64,000 bases of DNA from assembly GCF_006345805.1 (NCBI RefSeq), contig NC_043002.1, positions 3,286,001 to 3,350,000 on the forward strand, in the 5' to 3' direction. The notes under the pieces are model-generated. The model was not told the origin of the DNA. It searched no databases and saw nothing but the letters and a program-made list of their open reading frames with translations. This document shows positions 36,480 to 49,849 of this stretch, one piece after another. The translations under genes were made by a program, and so were the position numbers. The DNA comes from Octopus sinensis (Eukaryota). The first letter of the stretch is position 1. Each line of letters starts with the position of its first letter.

Positions 36480-36899
36480 AGATGGACAAAATGCTCTTAC
36501 AATGTCTCTCTTTCACATCCATACGTTCAGCAAACACATGTATACAATGGTGTTTCTTACATCTCTTTAGATTTATATTTTTAGTACACACACACACACA
36601 CAGACACACACACACACACAGACACACACACACGCACACACACATGTGTGTTTGTGTGCATTGAGGGTGTTGTGTACAACAGACTGTCTTACAATGTCTC
36701 TCTTTTCTCTACATATCCCTGCTTTTAATACAAGGGTGTATGTACTGCATATGGGTTCCACTATTGGTACAAATCAATAATGTAACTATCACGTATAATC
36801 TTCTCAATTAAAGAACAGCTCTTAAACAATGCAGTGTGTAACCACACACACCTGGCACATGAACAGATTATCAATTGTCAATGGATTTATTCACTACAG

Positions 36900-37130
36900 T
36901 TAACTATATTCAGTCTATTCACTAAGTTCCCAACAGTGAACCACATTGGCATGTTTACCATGTTCAGCATGGTGCCACACTGGACCTGTTCACCATGTCC
37001 ACTATGGTAGTAAACCATACTGGACCGGTTCACTATGTTCACTTCAGTCAGTCACACTGGACCTGTTTACTGTTTTCATTACAGTGAGCCACATTGGCTC
37101 TGTTCATTACATTCAGTACAAGGAACTACA
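36900..37130. repeat. Degenerate ~35-bp minisatellite
   Basis: Recurrent cacactggacctgttcaccatgttcactat-like units, about 6 copies. Confidence 0.65.
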
Positions 37131-38336
37131 TTCAGCTTGGAAATGGTGTTTCATACAGACAATGGGATGTATACATTAATCATCAGATGTTTTGGGATTA
37201 CCCCCTCCCCCTCCTCTTCGTAACAGCCTCCCCCCCTCTTTTTTTCATTCTTTACACTTGTGTATATCTCTTCCTCAGTTTTGTCCCAATTTGTTAGGTT
37301 ATACATGAGGAAATACAATATTTGTTCTATTATACATCGGAAATGCTATAAGTATTTACATACTCATTGTATTTCCTCTCAACAATTGACCGTCGTAAGT
37401 CTAAACACTGACTCTATTAACTGACTTTGGCTCCACCTATCCCACAATTCAAGACTCTGTAGAAAACGCCATGAGTTTTTCCTGTTTCTAGTTTCACCCT
37501 TTAGCATTCAGATTATTCTGTGAAACGCAATGTTTGTTCATTCACCTTGTGATCAATTAATCCTCTATTCTCTTGTAGCTTTGAAATTTTGATGATGTGA
37601 TTGTTTATTTTTCGAGTGACAATGTAAGGTGGCCGTAAGAAGTTGGATTTGGTTATTTTGAACACAAAAGCGGGAGATTATTTGGGCCAGGTATGGCAAG
37701 GTTAAATGGTAAAGGGTTAAGGAAATCAATTCCAGTGCAGCTGTTTCGAACTCCTTGGATTTTGCCATTTGTTTTGCATTTTCCATTCTTGCATGGGTTT
37801 GGTGACTGTTATCTATCTCAAGCATTGTCTTACAGCTGGATGCCTTTCCTGATGCTAACCCTTACCTGTTTTTAAGTAAGGGCTCTTTTGTGCCACACAG
37901 CTTTGAAGGCATGAAGTGACTGGATGAGTTGTTGATAGGAAAACTGAGAGCAACACCTGGCTGACGAGACTTTTGTACAAGCGATCGCAGGTACAAGCGT
38001 GATTCTGTACCATTATCATTTGAAGTCCATGTTCGATGCTGGCACGGGTTATACAGTTTAACAGGATCTGATGGCTTCAGTATCTGTCATGGTTTCTCTG
38101 GCTGGACACCTGAGGTAGGAGGAGCTTTCTGTTGGGAAACGAAGGTCAGGGAATGAGAAGTAGGTGATGCAGAGCAGGTGGGGGTTGTAGGGGAAGTCCA
38201 TGGCTGCTCACATTTAGAGGAGAGGGTGAGAATGAACCAGGAATGGCTACAATGAGACGAATAATGAATCCACTTGCAAGAGAAACGATGTAATAACAGT
38301 GGAAATGTTTAAACTTCGGTTCAGCTGAGCAGTGAG

Positions 38337-38346
38337 CATATAAAAT
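38337..38346 (+). promoter_or_regulatory. TATA-like box upstream of a candidate first exon
   Basis: gagcaTATAAAAtcc, about 85 bp before ATG 38427. Confidence 0.3.
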
Positions 38347-38426
38347 CCTTCTGCTCTGTTAGTTGTTGGTTAATTTGATTCTATGCTTGGGTTAGAAGCA
38401 GTGCATGGTGAGCCACAAGTGAAGAC

Positions 38427-38508
38427 ATGGCAGATTTCACATTTGTTTTTGTTCCAGAAAGTTACCATCTTCACTGCTGGAACATCGACCAAGGATTGAC
38501 AGCAAAGT
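38427..38508 (+). CDS. Candidate alternative first coding exon (MADFTFVFVPESYHLHCWNIDQGLTAK + T, phase 1)
   Basis: gacATGG Kozak; weak donor GTGTGA at 38509. An in-frame internal acceptor ttgttccAG|38458 would give a 51-nt phase 1/1 exon instead. Confidence 0.3.
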
Positions 38509-38847
38509 GTGTGAATTGTTTGAGGCAAGACATGGCTTCAACTAAATGTCTCATGTTGCTTTGCTTCCATAAAATACAATTATACAGAATTTTACAACCT
38601 AATTAATAACACTAAGTCATTAATTAGGTTTATTTATCTTTCCTAATTAGGTGTAATTAGGTCTCATAAATGAACTGAATATAGAAGTATGGTTAACTCT
38701 TCCCATACTTTGCTAATTTCTGTTCGTGTTTCTACCCTTTCGGTCATTAACCAACATTCATAACCATAATTACTATTTGAGAAAACCCAGAAAAGTTAAA
38801 AAAGAAAATTTCATAATTATTTTTTAATTTTATTTCTTTAGATATAT

Positions 38848-39222
38848 AGGCACAGGTGTAGCTGTGTGGTAAGTAGCTTGTTTACCAACCACATGGTTCC
38901 AGGTTCAGTCCCACTGCATGGCACCTTGGGCAAGTGTCTTCTACTATAGCCTCAGGCCGACCAAAGCCTTGTCAGTGGATTTGGTAGATGGAAACTGAAA
39001 GAAGCCCATCGTGTATATATATATATATGTGTTTGTGTGTCTGTGTTTGTCCCCACAACATCGTTTGACAACCGATGCTGGTGTGTTTACGTCCCTGTAA
39101 CTTAGCGGTTTGGCAAAAGAGACCGATAGAATAAGTCCTGAGGGGCAATTTGCTCGACTAAAGGCAGTGCTCCAGCATGGCCACAGTCAAATGACTGAAA
39201 TAAGTAAAAGAGTAAAAGAGAG
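38848..39222 (+). mobile_element. Family A SINE, full length
   Basis: All modules present as at 31498. Confidence 0.9.
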
Positions 39223-39644
39223 AGACAAATTAATTTTTATCACAACAAATGGAATTCTGTAGTGGGAAATATAGACATAGAGTTGATGTGGAAAGATTGA
39301 TTTGACATGTGGCTACATTTTTATCTCTTTTAGAAATTAAATTTCAATAATATATTTTAAAACTTGGTGGTGGTCGTCGTTGTCATTTAATGTCCATTTT
39401 CACAGACATCACAAAACATGTTAAGACAAAATAATGTCTCAATAGTACCACTATGTTACCAAACATCTCGGTGCTTCTCAAACAGAGTCCATATGAACCC
39501 TTGCGGTGGTGGTGGTGGGTTCCATGTAAGATTTTGTTGTTAGAATTTATCTGCAACAAATTGTTTATACTTCTTCAATACACAAAATATTTTAACGATT
39601 GATTTTTTATAATTCTTAATGTTTAAATCTGAAAAGGCAGAGAG

Positions 39645-39995
39645 AGAGGCTGGCAGAATTGTTAACATGTTGGGCAAAGTGCTTAGTGGCATTCCATTTG
39701 TCATTGTGTTCTGAGTTCAAATTCTGCCGAGGTTGACTTCACCTTTCATCCCTTTGGGGTCAATTAACTAAGTACTAGGTTGATGCCAGTGCCACCTGAC
39801 TGGCCCCTGTGCTGGTGGCATGTAAAAAAGCACCCACTACACTATCGGAGTGGTTGGTGTTAGGAAGGGCATCCAGCTGTAGAAACCTCGCCAAATCAGG
39901 TTGGAGCCTGGTGAAGCCTTCTAGCTTACCAGTCCTCAGTCAAACCATCCAACCCATGCCAGCATGGAAAGCGGATGTTAAATGATGATGATGAA
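39645..39995 (+). mobile_element. Family B head and body followed directly by family C
   Basis: ggctggcagaattgttaac...aagtactagg, then gccagtgccacctgactgg...(gat)n. Confidence 0.75.
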
Positions 39996-40651
39996 CACTG
40001 GGATTGAGCTAATTGACTTATCCCCTCCCCAGAATTGTGTCAAAATTTGAAACCAATATTCAATTCTAAAAACATAATAGGATTTCTAAAACATCAAATG
40101 GCTTTGGGAGTCCATCTGATTCATGATGATGATCATCATTGTTGTTTAATGTCAGCTTTCCATGCTGGCGATCCACCCAGTCTGCCCACCTACCACAACC
40201 TACTTAACATACAAACTTCATTGTGGCACCTCAATGTACACATCCTGGTACACAGACAATACAGGTAACACAAGATGAACTACAAAGACATCAAAGCTAA
40301 ACTCTTTTTCACATCCTAACCAACATACACTCATACTTCACTAAGCTCCCGATGACTCATTTCCACATATCTCTGCTTACATCCTACGCATACCACAAAT
40401 TGCACTGCAAACACTCTTCCTGCTACTTTCCTCCAAACACCCACCACCTAATCCTACACCCCACACAGTCCTACATCAATTAGCAGAATATTCACAAATT
40501 TAAAAAATAATATTTAGGGATACTATTTCTACCAAAAGACACGATCGTGGTTTCAGAATTCAGTAGGACCCTAATTATCAATCTAGATATCAGAGCACAT
40601 TTAAGCCAAAGAAATTGCAGAAGGAATCCCCTCCTTATTGATATAGTTATT

Positions 40652-41030
40652 AGGCGCAGGCATGGCTGTGTGGTAAGAAGCTTGCTTTCCAATCACATCG
40701 AAGTTCCAGGTTCAGTCCTACTGTGTGGCACTTTGGGTGTCTCCTGCAATAGACTCAGGCTGACAAAGCTGTGTGAGTGGAATTGGTAGACAGAAACTGG
40801 AAAAGTCTGTCACGTGTGTGTGTGCATGCGTGTGTATGTGTTGTCTTTGTATATGTGTTTTGCCCTCCCCTCCTCCACTGCTTGATGACTGGTGTTGGTT
40901 TCTTTATGTTCCTGTAATGGTTTGGCCAAAAAGACCAATAAAATACGTACCAAGCTTAAAAAGTAAAGTCCTAGGGTTGATTCAAGGTGGTGCCCCAGCA
41001 TGGCCGTAGTCAAATTGCTGAAAAAAGATA
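40652..41030 (+). mobile_element. Family A SINE
   Basis: ggcgcaggcatggctgtgtggtaagaagc...ccagcatggccgtagtc. Confidence 0.8.
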
Positions 41031-41305
41031 TACACAAAAGAAATTGTAGACAGGCTCCTTCAAAAAACATATCCCATGAGGCAATATAAAAACGATACAC
41101 AAATACTCCAAAAGAACTCTCAAGTGTCACTTTTGTTAGAATTAATATACAAGGTAATATTTTAATTCCTTCATAAATAATTGTAACCCTAATTTGGTCA
41201 GTCCTAATCTGGGTTAGGGTTAGGGAGACTGTAAGAAGCCCATTGTGTGTGTGTGTGTTTGTGTGTACCTTTGTCTTAGCATCATGTGATGTTTGTAAAC
41301 AAGTA

Positions 41306-41520
41306 TGGTGAGCTGGCAGAACCGTTAGCATGCTGGGAAAAATGTTAAGTGGCATTTTGTCTGTCTTTACGTTCTGAGTTCAAATTCCACTGGGGTCAAC
41401 TTTGCCCTTCATCCTTTTAGGGCAGGTAAAATTAATACCAGTTGCATACTGGGGGTTGATGTAACTGACTTGTCCTCTCCCACAAAATTGCTGACCTTGT
41501 GGCTGAAATTTGAAACCAAT
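41306..41520 (+). mobile_element. Family B SINE (alternative tail)
   Basis: gagctggcagaaccgttagc...aaatttgaaacc. Confidence 0.8.
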
Positions 41521-41585
41521 ATTACGTATTCACTTTTAAACTATCTGTCGTACAAGGAATATACCTGCCTTACCATTTTTTTACC

Positions 41586-41616
<31 letters not shown>

Positions 41617-42057
41617 AAGAGAGTCATAGAGGAGAGATTGACATCAGGCTGATACAATGTTTGGAATTACTGAATAAAGATTGACTTCCAGAATGTTAAT
41701 CATTTAACAGAAAGATGTTTCTTTTTCAAAGAAATGACATCTAATTTCTTGTAAAAAGACAACTTAAAGTAACTTAAGTTTGTAGGCACCATAGCAGGCA
41801 CTGGATTCCTAACCAGATTGCACATGTATTTACTGTCCTAAAGGAAATGATTGAACCTCACAGATTCCATTTTTACATTTTCTATGACTTAAATCCGTTG
41901 GTCTGATCGTTTGTTTATTACTTGTGATCACAGAATCTCAATCAACCGATTGATTGAACCTGTGTGGGCCAAATGTTGCCGTCATGTTAATCCCTTTGTT
42001 ATGTTTCAATTGAAATACTTTGCCTTTGTTTAAATTAATTAAAAATAAATATATATA

Positions 42058-42300
42058 AAAAGCACCATTTGAGCATGGCCGTTGCCAGTGCCGCCTGACT
42101 GGCCCTTGTGCCAGTGGCATGTAAAAGCACCCACTACACTCTCGGCATTAGGAAGGGCATCCAGCTGTAGAAACTCTTCCAGATCAAGATTGGAGCCTAG
42201 TGCAGCCATCTGGTTCGCCAGACCTCAGTCAAACCGGACGTTAAACGACGATGATGATGATAGTTAAACGGACGTTAAACGACGATGATGATGATAGTTA
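42058..42300 (+). mobile_element. Family C with a duplicated 3' terminus
   Basis: ggacgttaaacgacgatgatgatgatagttaa occurs twice in tandem. Confidence 0.8.
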
Positions 42301-42421
42301 ATCAAATATATTCAGTGAGAATAAAGTGAACTAGATTTCAGATAGGTGCTCTTGGTATGAGAAATGTCTAAAGCCATAAAGGTATTTAGAGATTTAATAA
42401 GAACGATTATATATTAGAGAG

Positions 42422-42673
42422 TAAAAACAGGAAAAATTGCATCAAAAAATCACAGAAGATATTATACGTCCATAATATAAATAATATTGTATAAATAAAT
42501 ATATAAAGAATGATTATTTAAAAAGGTTTGAGGTAATACATTCATGAAACAGTTTTAAGATACCTCAAACCTTTTTAAATAATCAGACTTTATATATTTA
42601 TTAATACAATATTATATTATGGACGTATAATATCTTCTGTGATTTTTTTTTTGATGTAATTTTTCTTGGTTTT
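42422..42673. repeat. AT-rich palindrome (probable MITE), arms ~110 bp
   Basis: aaaaattgcatcaaaaaatcacagaagatattatacgtcc and ggacgtataatatcttctgtgatttttt...gatgtaattttt. Confidence 0.85.
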
Positions 42674-42748
42674 TCTTTGTAATTGGAAATAATGAATTTT
42701 ATTAAATTCTTCATTATGGAGCTGGTGTTTGGAACATAAATTAACATG

Positions 42749-42793
<45 letters not shown>

Positions 42794-44289
42794 AAATAAT
42801 TTAGATGAGAAAAGGATGAGAAATTGAAATCAGTGTTATGATTTTTTTTGCCAATGAACTTTGGTTTATTCTGCCCAAACTCTTACAATAAATTCAGTGG
42901 AATTATTACTGTTCCTTCACATCTTCAGAGATTTGCGAAGAGCTCCTCTTTGCAATCGGTTGAACTGACATTTTCCAGTTCTTGCAATACCATGCTAGCT
43001 CAGTCTCTACATAAAGTGTCAATGAAGTGATAGGCTGGATTATGATTATCCCCTCAATCTACAGATATATTTAATGCTGTTGGCACCAGTCAGGTTGAAT
43101 GGTACTGCACAGATGTTGAAACCATAGTGATATCCATTTGGCAACTGGTGGGAATATGTTATGCTCAATTGTGAATTTCTTATATCCTTGTCTTGTTATT
43201 CTGGGTTGTCCTTTAGTCTTTGTAAATACTAGTTTCTAGCTATAAGTTACCAATATTTCTTTACTCTTATGTTGTTACTTTTAGTCATAAGCTGGTAGAT
43301 TCCCAGGCAGCAAGTATATTTTTAATGCTGTTGCCAGATTCAGTGGTACTACTGCCCAGGTGTCAAAACCACAATGATAACCGTATGGGCAGCTGATGAT
43401 GGGAATGTACATACATTATGCTCAGTTGTGAATTTCTTATATCTTAGTCGTACTATTATGGATTGTCATTCATTTGGAAAGTGTTTGTAGATTCCTAGTC
43501 TGTGAGGATCGTTTACTTTGGTATTGGTTTTATTCATAGGTAATCTTATTAGGCTTAGACGATGGTTAGATATTGGTGTCTGGTTTTGGAAGATTCTGTG
43601 ATGCACATACACACGTGCATGTGCGAGTGCGTGTGTATGTATTTATGTGAAATATTTGGAAACAAGAAGGAGCTGATGACTACATATATCATTCTCATTG
43701 TTTAATATCCATTCTCCATGCTGGCATGGGTTAGACAATTTGAGAGGAGTTGACAAGCCAGAGAACTGTGCCAGTTTCCAATGTCTGCTTCAGCATGGTT
43801 TCTGTGGTTGGATGGCCTTCTTAGTGCTAACCACTTTACAGAGTGTACTGGGTGCTTTTTCCATGGCACTGGTACTAGTGATTTCACTAGTAAGAAGATC
43901 CCTCAGCTGACAAGGGGTGTTGTATCGAGAGAGGTGGCTTTATGACAGGTGATGAGAGGTCAAAGTATGATAGAGGAACAAGTGCCTTGCTGTAAGAGGA
44001 GATACATGGGTACCCCAATTGGAAAAGGAGAGAAGATGGCAGGGAAGATGTGTTCAGCTGTATCCTCAAGTTACAGAAAGGGGTAGATAAAAGGGAAATG
44101 GTTGAGAGGAATTGGACAGTGTGGTCAGTTTGTACGTTACAGCAATTGATAGGAATGGTGCCATAGTCAGAAAAGTAATGGAGGTGGGGTGTTTAGGAAG
44201 ATGTGTTGAAGGGAAGAGACATGTCAAGGACAGATTGTGTCAGGGACATACATATAAATGATATACTTTTAGGGCCTCATTTTTGCTGA

Positions 44290-44660
44290 GATGGATGGAT
44301 CTTGTCGAATGCAGCAAATTGCTAATCATCTTGGTTCTTTGTTATCTCCACCATGTCAATCAACATCTGAAGACCATTCTTCACTCCTTCATCCCACGTC
44401 TTTCTGGATCTCCCACTTCCACAGGTTCCATCTGCATTTAGCAATTGGCACACATCTTTATGCAGCTGTCCTCATCTATATGCATCACATCACCATACTA
44501 GTGCACTTTTCTCTCTTCATCTGGTACCTCTTAGGCCTAATTGTTCTCACAGCCTTTTCACAATTTGTCATACATGCAACTTTCATCTTCAATCTAGTCT
44601 TTGCCTGTCCTTTGTATTCATGGCCCACTGCCAAGTAGCATTACAGTTTTCACACAAACC
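44290..44660 (-). mobile_element. RTE LINE C-terminal fragment
   Basis: Reverse complement gatgaggacagctgc...ggaacctgtggaagtgggagatccagaaagacgtgggatgaagg is homologous to 745-850. Confidence 0.7.
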
Positions 44661-45096
44661 TCATAGAGTCTGTCTTTCACTCTGAGAGAGAGAAACCTTT
44701 TGTTACCGACATTGCCATTTATCTACCCTTAGCTTCTGCAATGACCACCAGATAAGTGAATTAGGGACCCTGTCAAAGGTTTTCTTCATGTTGACACATG
44801 TCAAGTACAGCACCTTGTTCTTGGATAAATATTTCCAAAGTTGCATAACTAGAGAGCACCAGTAATGCTTCTCCCTGGTGCGAAACCAAACTGCATCTCA
44901 TCTAGGCTAACTCTTAATTAGTTTTCCTAATTAGTTGAGAGCTATGGCCCTTTCTGTAATTTTCATCACCTAATCCAGCAATTTGATATCTTTTGTAATT
45001 TTGTAATTACTTCTTAGACATTTCCTTGTAACAGTTGAGTATGATCTTGCTATACCAGTCATTTTATATAAAGTGCATGTGTGTGTGTGTGTGTGA

Positions 45097-45133
<37 letters not shown>

Positions 45134-45381
45134 CACACACACATATATATATATATATGTATATGAAACCTGTTTTATCAAAATATACAAGTCTTACATT
45201 CTTGTTGCATGTATGCTTCTGTTATTTTGGAATATCGTTTGCTAAATATTCCGTTACTATGCCAACTGAATTACGATGAGATATTTCTTCATATGTTTCT
45301 CTGTTATTGCTATCAACATAAGCCTGTATTGTAAGAATATATTCTGCAGCTGATCTAAACAAACGTCTGCTCTGTTTACAG

Positions 45382-45459
45382 AATTGAAGTCAGTCGAGAA
45401 GACATTACCAGTTGCAGTTCCTTAATTGTACATATTGAAAATGGCTGATACTCAGGAAG
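45382..45459 (+). CDS. 78-nt exon: 5' UTR plus start, MADTQE + G (phase 1)
   Basis: ctgctctgtttacAG|; all frames closed before gaaaATGG at 45441; donor GAAG|GTAGGA. Confidence 0.5.
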
Positions 45460-45750
45460 GTAGGAAATGTTTTCTTATTATTTGTTGAGACAAGGGTGGT
45501 GCAGTGGTAGAGCAACAGGAAAAAAGTGCTTTGCACTATCTGTTCCAGTCCTTAAAACATTCTGAGTTCAAATCCTGTCAAAGTCAACTTTGCTTTTCAT
45601 CTTTCTAGGGTCCATAAAATACCAGTCAACTGATGGGGTTGATGGCATTCACTTACACCCTCTTCTTGAAATTGCTGCCCTTCTTCCTCAAATTGAAATA
45701 ATTATTTTTTGATATTTAAAAGATATGCCTTCATCCTCTCTCCTACATTG

Positions 45751-45781
<31 letters not shown>

Positions 45782-46334
45782 AGTGTGGATCTCCATCAGT
45801 TGATGGATGAGGATTCAGTTGTTTGATCACCTGAATTACCTGCCCCTGAATCAACTCCTTAGTAACTCTACGTTCCACAGACCCCATGTACTGTTAATGT
45901 AATCCTCAGGCAGAATCAACGTGACATGGTGTGTGTCTGTGTGCAACAAGGCTGGACCTTTTGAATTCCGGGTACAATCCATCAGGTGGGCTTCTGTACA
46001 GTTTCTCTCTCAGGCTAGGTCAACATGAAATTTATAGAAAATGCCATGCAATGAGATTGAACCTTGGACCATATGCTTATGAAACAAACTTTTTAACCAT
46101 TTGGCCATACTCTGTGTGTGTGTACGCCAGCATAGCAGCTTGGTTATGAAGTTCACTTTCCAACCATGTGGTTCCAGGTTCAGTTCCATTGCATGGCAAC
46201 TTAAGCAAGTGCCTTCTACTACAGCCTCGGGACGACCAAGGACTTGTGAATGAATTTGGAAGACGAGAACTGTGGGAAGCCACTTGTGTACTTGTCAAAG
46301 CAGACTTGACCAGTGCTTGTGTCCTGTAAAAAGA

Positions 46335-46810
46335 AAAAAAAAGGGCACTCAGTACACTTTGTGAAGTGGTTGGTGTCAGGAAGAGCATCCAGCTGTAAAA
46401 ACCATGCCAACGCAGACAGTGGTGCTTGGTGCAGTCCTGTGGCTTATCTGCTCCTCTCAAACTCAGGCCAGCAATGAAACATCATCATCATTTAACATCT
46501 GTTTTCCATGCTAGCATGGGTTGAATGGCTCGACTGGGGTCTAAGAAGCCAAGGAGGCTGCACCAGGCTCTAGTCTGATTTGGTAGTGTTTCTACAGCTG
46601 GATGCCCTTCCTAATGACAACCACTCCATGAGTGTAGTGGGTGTTTTTTACGTGCCACCGGCACAGGGGCCAGTGCAGGCTGGCAAACGGCTACGATCGG
46701 TAGGTTCTTTTATATGTCACCGACACGGATGCCGGTCAGGCGGCGCTGGCATCTGCCACGTTCGGACGGTGCTTTTTACGTGTCACTGGCATGGGTGTCT
46801 TAGTGCATCA
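46335..46810. mobile_element. Oppositely oriented family C copies
   Basis: Plus about 46335-46450; minus about 46482-46810. Confidence 0.7.
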
Positions 46811-47419
46811 TCATCATTTTAACATCCACTTTTCATTGCTTGCATAGGTCAGACAGAATTAAGTGAAGCAAATCTTCTCTGGCTGGGTGCCTTCCCAGTC
46901 ACCAACAATCAGGTGAAAGTGAAGGACACTGCTCGTATGATTACAACTAGTATGTGATATGAAGATAAGGAAACACAAGCTTGTCTCGCTGTCTTGACAT
47001 TGTGTGATAATTGTAAACGAGTTTCACTGTTATGCAAGTGGTGTCATTCTTCTCTAATCATCCATGAAAACCCATCCAACAATGGAGAAAATATTGCCTT
47101 GCTTGCAAAAAGGGTGAAAGGTTGTAACAGGAAAGGTGTTTGGCTGAAGACAATTTACTTCAATGAACTCTACCTGACCCATGCAACCATGGAAAAGTGG
47201 GTGTTGAAATGAAGACAAAGCTGTTATAGTGTGTGTGCGTGTGTATAGATTATTTTTTTTTGTGGGCAAATATATTATGTTACTCTCTTTGCACTCAGCT
47301 AAGTGAAAAAGGAGCTGGTTGACCACATTTCAGCCATTAGGCACTCTTCACTTTTCTGTCTACAAAGAGAACTTCTTAATAATTGTTATTTAAATCAAAC
47401 ACAAACCAGATCTTAGTTG

Positions 47420-48125
47420 GAAATGCTTCAATCCTCCATAGCTGTGGCCGTTGTTGGTGCCATGTAAATGGCACTTGTGTCGGTGGCACGTAAAAAGCAC
47501 CCATTACACTCTTGGAGTGGTTGGCATTAAGAAGGGTATCCAGCCATAGAAACCATGCCAAATCAGACTAGAATTTGATGCAGCTCCATGGCTTGCCTGT
47601 TCCGGTCAAACCATCCAACCCATGCCAGCATGGAAAGTAGACACTAAATGATGATGATTAATAGATTTATGCATCTGTTAATTACAGCAGTGCAAATTCT
47701 TTCATGAGAAAGCAGCCCAGGTGGGGTTGTATTTAATGTATAGTTTGTACCTCATCATTATTGTTTTTTTTTTTGCTGGCCAAATATGATTGTCTGTGAT
47801 TGCTTTATTAAGGATTCATCATCATCATCGTTTAACATCTGCTTTCCATGCTAGCATGGGTTGGACGATTTGATTGAGGACTGGTGAACCAGATGGCTGC
47901 ACCGGGCTCCAGTCTGATCTGGCAGAGTTTCTACAGCTAGGTGCCCTTCCTAATGCCAACCACTCTGAAAGTGTAGTGGGTGCTTTTTACGTGCCACCGT
48001 TACGAGGGCCAGTCAGGGGGTACTGGCTTTTTATGTGCCACCTGCACAGGAGCCAGTCCAGTGGCACTGGCAACAACCTTGCTCGATTGCTTTTTTTCAC
48101 ATGCCACCACCACAGGTGCTAGTAA
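47420..48125. mobile_element. Tail-to-tail family C pair
   Basis: Plus 47420-47660 ending (gat)n; minus 47815-48125 starting (cat)n. Confidence 0.75.
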
Positions 48126-48129
48126 GGCG

Positions 48130-49750
48130 ACACAGGTATTAAGGATTGTTTGTTGGTAATGTTACAGAGCTGTTGTATGGAACTTTTAGTATTCTTGTTT
48201 TCTATTTTTTTCTTTGATGATGATGATGATGATATTGTGTGTGTGGGTGTGTTTGATGTACTCTGGAGTTGCTGGTAAAAAGGAGGACAGCAAGATTTGG
48301 CAGGTGCTGCTGTTCTCAGTCTTTTGGTGCCAGCTTTCTTGGTGACTGGATTTGTAGTGCAGCCATGTCTGAAGAATTGTGGGAGTGTATGAATTTGATG
48401 TCTTCTGCAGATGAGGTTGGATGTTTTGAAGTAGAAAAGTTGAAAAGAGTGGCTGACAGGACACCACATCCTTGAAGCACTCCATTTATTGCAGATTCTA
48501 GAAGTGCTGATGGTGTACATTAATTCCATAGTTTTGGCAACCTGACAAATAATTTGCCAACCAGCTGCAGTTCTTTGTTGTTTTTTAAGGTGGTGCTGAA
48601 TAGTTTCTGTTCTGTGTGAGTGGTTGGTGAAGAAGGGTGGAGGAAGTCTCACTGATGTTGATGGTGGTTAGATTGGTACATATTGGCTGGTGGTGGTCGT
48701 GGCTGGTTGTTGTCGAGGTCATTGTGTATTGTGTGCTGTCTGAATCTTTTGATTTGGAGAAAGGGTGGAGTGGGGAGGGGCGGGGAGTTAGTAGAATCAA
48801 AGAATGAAGAGTGATAGGTCTGTCTGTTTTGTGTTGTTTTGCTTGATTTTTGTTTTGTTTTGTTTTGTTGGGTTTTAGAATTATGGTTTTCTCCGTCTTC
48901 CAGGTTCTGGGTTATTAAGAAAGAATAACTGCTCTTGCTAATGACTCAGTGCTTCCTTCAAAAGCATTCGGGTGTTTTTAGGTATAAATCTGTGATTTTT
49001 GTCTGGACTCCTAGCACTGAGGTTTTCGAGTTTTTAGATTTCTTTCATGCATTTTTAGAGTCTGATGGAAGAAAAACGGTCAAAACTGAGGTCTGGCTGG
49101 AAAGGTGCATATTTCCTGATGAGTTCCTGCTTTCTTTGTTAGGTTTTGTGGTGGCTGATTTTTGAGAAATATTTAAAAATGAGGACATTTATTTGGTCAA
49201 GGCAATGTCAGTATTTGAGGTTATTCTGACACAAGATCTGCTGGAACCGTTGTTGTTAATCTAGACAGTGTTCTACTGTTTTGAGGTTTATATTGCACAC
49301 AGATGTTTGTCAGTTCTGTTTTTTTTTCTGGTTTATTATTATTATTATTATTATCATTTCCTTGTTTGATGCTGAGTTTTAGGTAGTTTTTGTGTGGTTG
49401 TCTGTTATTTTATGAAGTTTCCTATTCCCAGCATGCAATTGGGTTGTATTTTTTTTAATATTGCTTTGTAGGATGTTTTTTTTTTTCCTTTTTTTTTTTC
49501 ATTCGGTCTTTTCGGAATGCCTGCAGTGTGGTGCCAATGCTGGGGATTGTGTTTGAAGTTAAGAGTGTGAAGCCCAAGGCGGTGCCTGACGGAAGAGTTG
49601 TTGTAGTTGACTTGCTGGGGGTACGTTTGTGTGTGGGTGTGGATTATTCAGGCTACAAAGAGAGTTCAGCCATTATGATACCATGTTACCTCCTCTCGTT
49701 AATCTGTACCTTTTAATCAACCTGGAGGTGTTTAGTGCATCCATTTAGTC
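48130..49750 (-). mobile_element. Decayed I/Jockey-group LINE, RT region
   Basis: Frameshifted minus-strand motifs SARSPDK (approx. SAxGPD), PRTWKTEKTIILKPNK (approx. P..WK.A.I..ILKP.K), NQPRPP and INGVLQGCGVLSATLFN (approx. GVPQGSVLSPTLFN). Confidence 0.65.
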
Positions 49751-49849
49751 TCCTTCACTTGTGCTGTTTGTAATAGTGTTGTTGTTGGAATGTATCATTT
49801 AGTGGGGTGGTTATTTAAGTTGGTAGTGGTGGTGTGTGTGTGTATATAT

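Noticed and set aside
41211-41225. Telomere-like GGGTTAGGGTTAGGG
   Set aside because: Only about 2.5 units; expected by chance or inside a repeat.
40810-41355. 181-aa minus ORF
   Set aside because: Stitched from antisense SINE A, SINE B and (CA)n sequence.
42920-43030. Exon-like segment after a pyrimidine tract (cttcAG|AGATTTGCG)
   Set aside because: No good donor and two frames closed; the minus-strand reading also stops.
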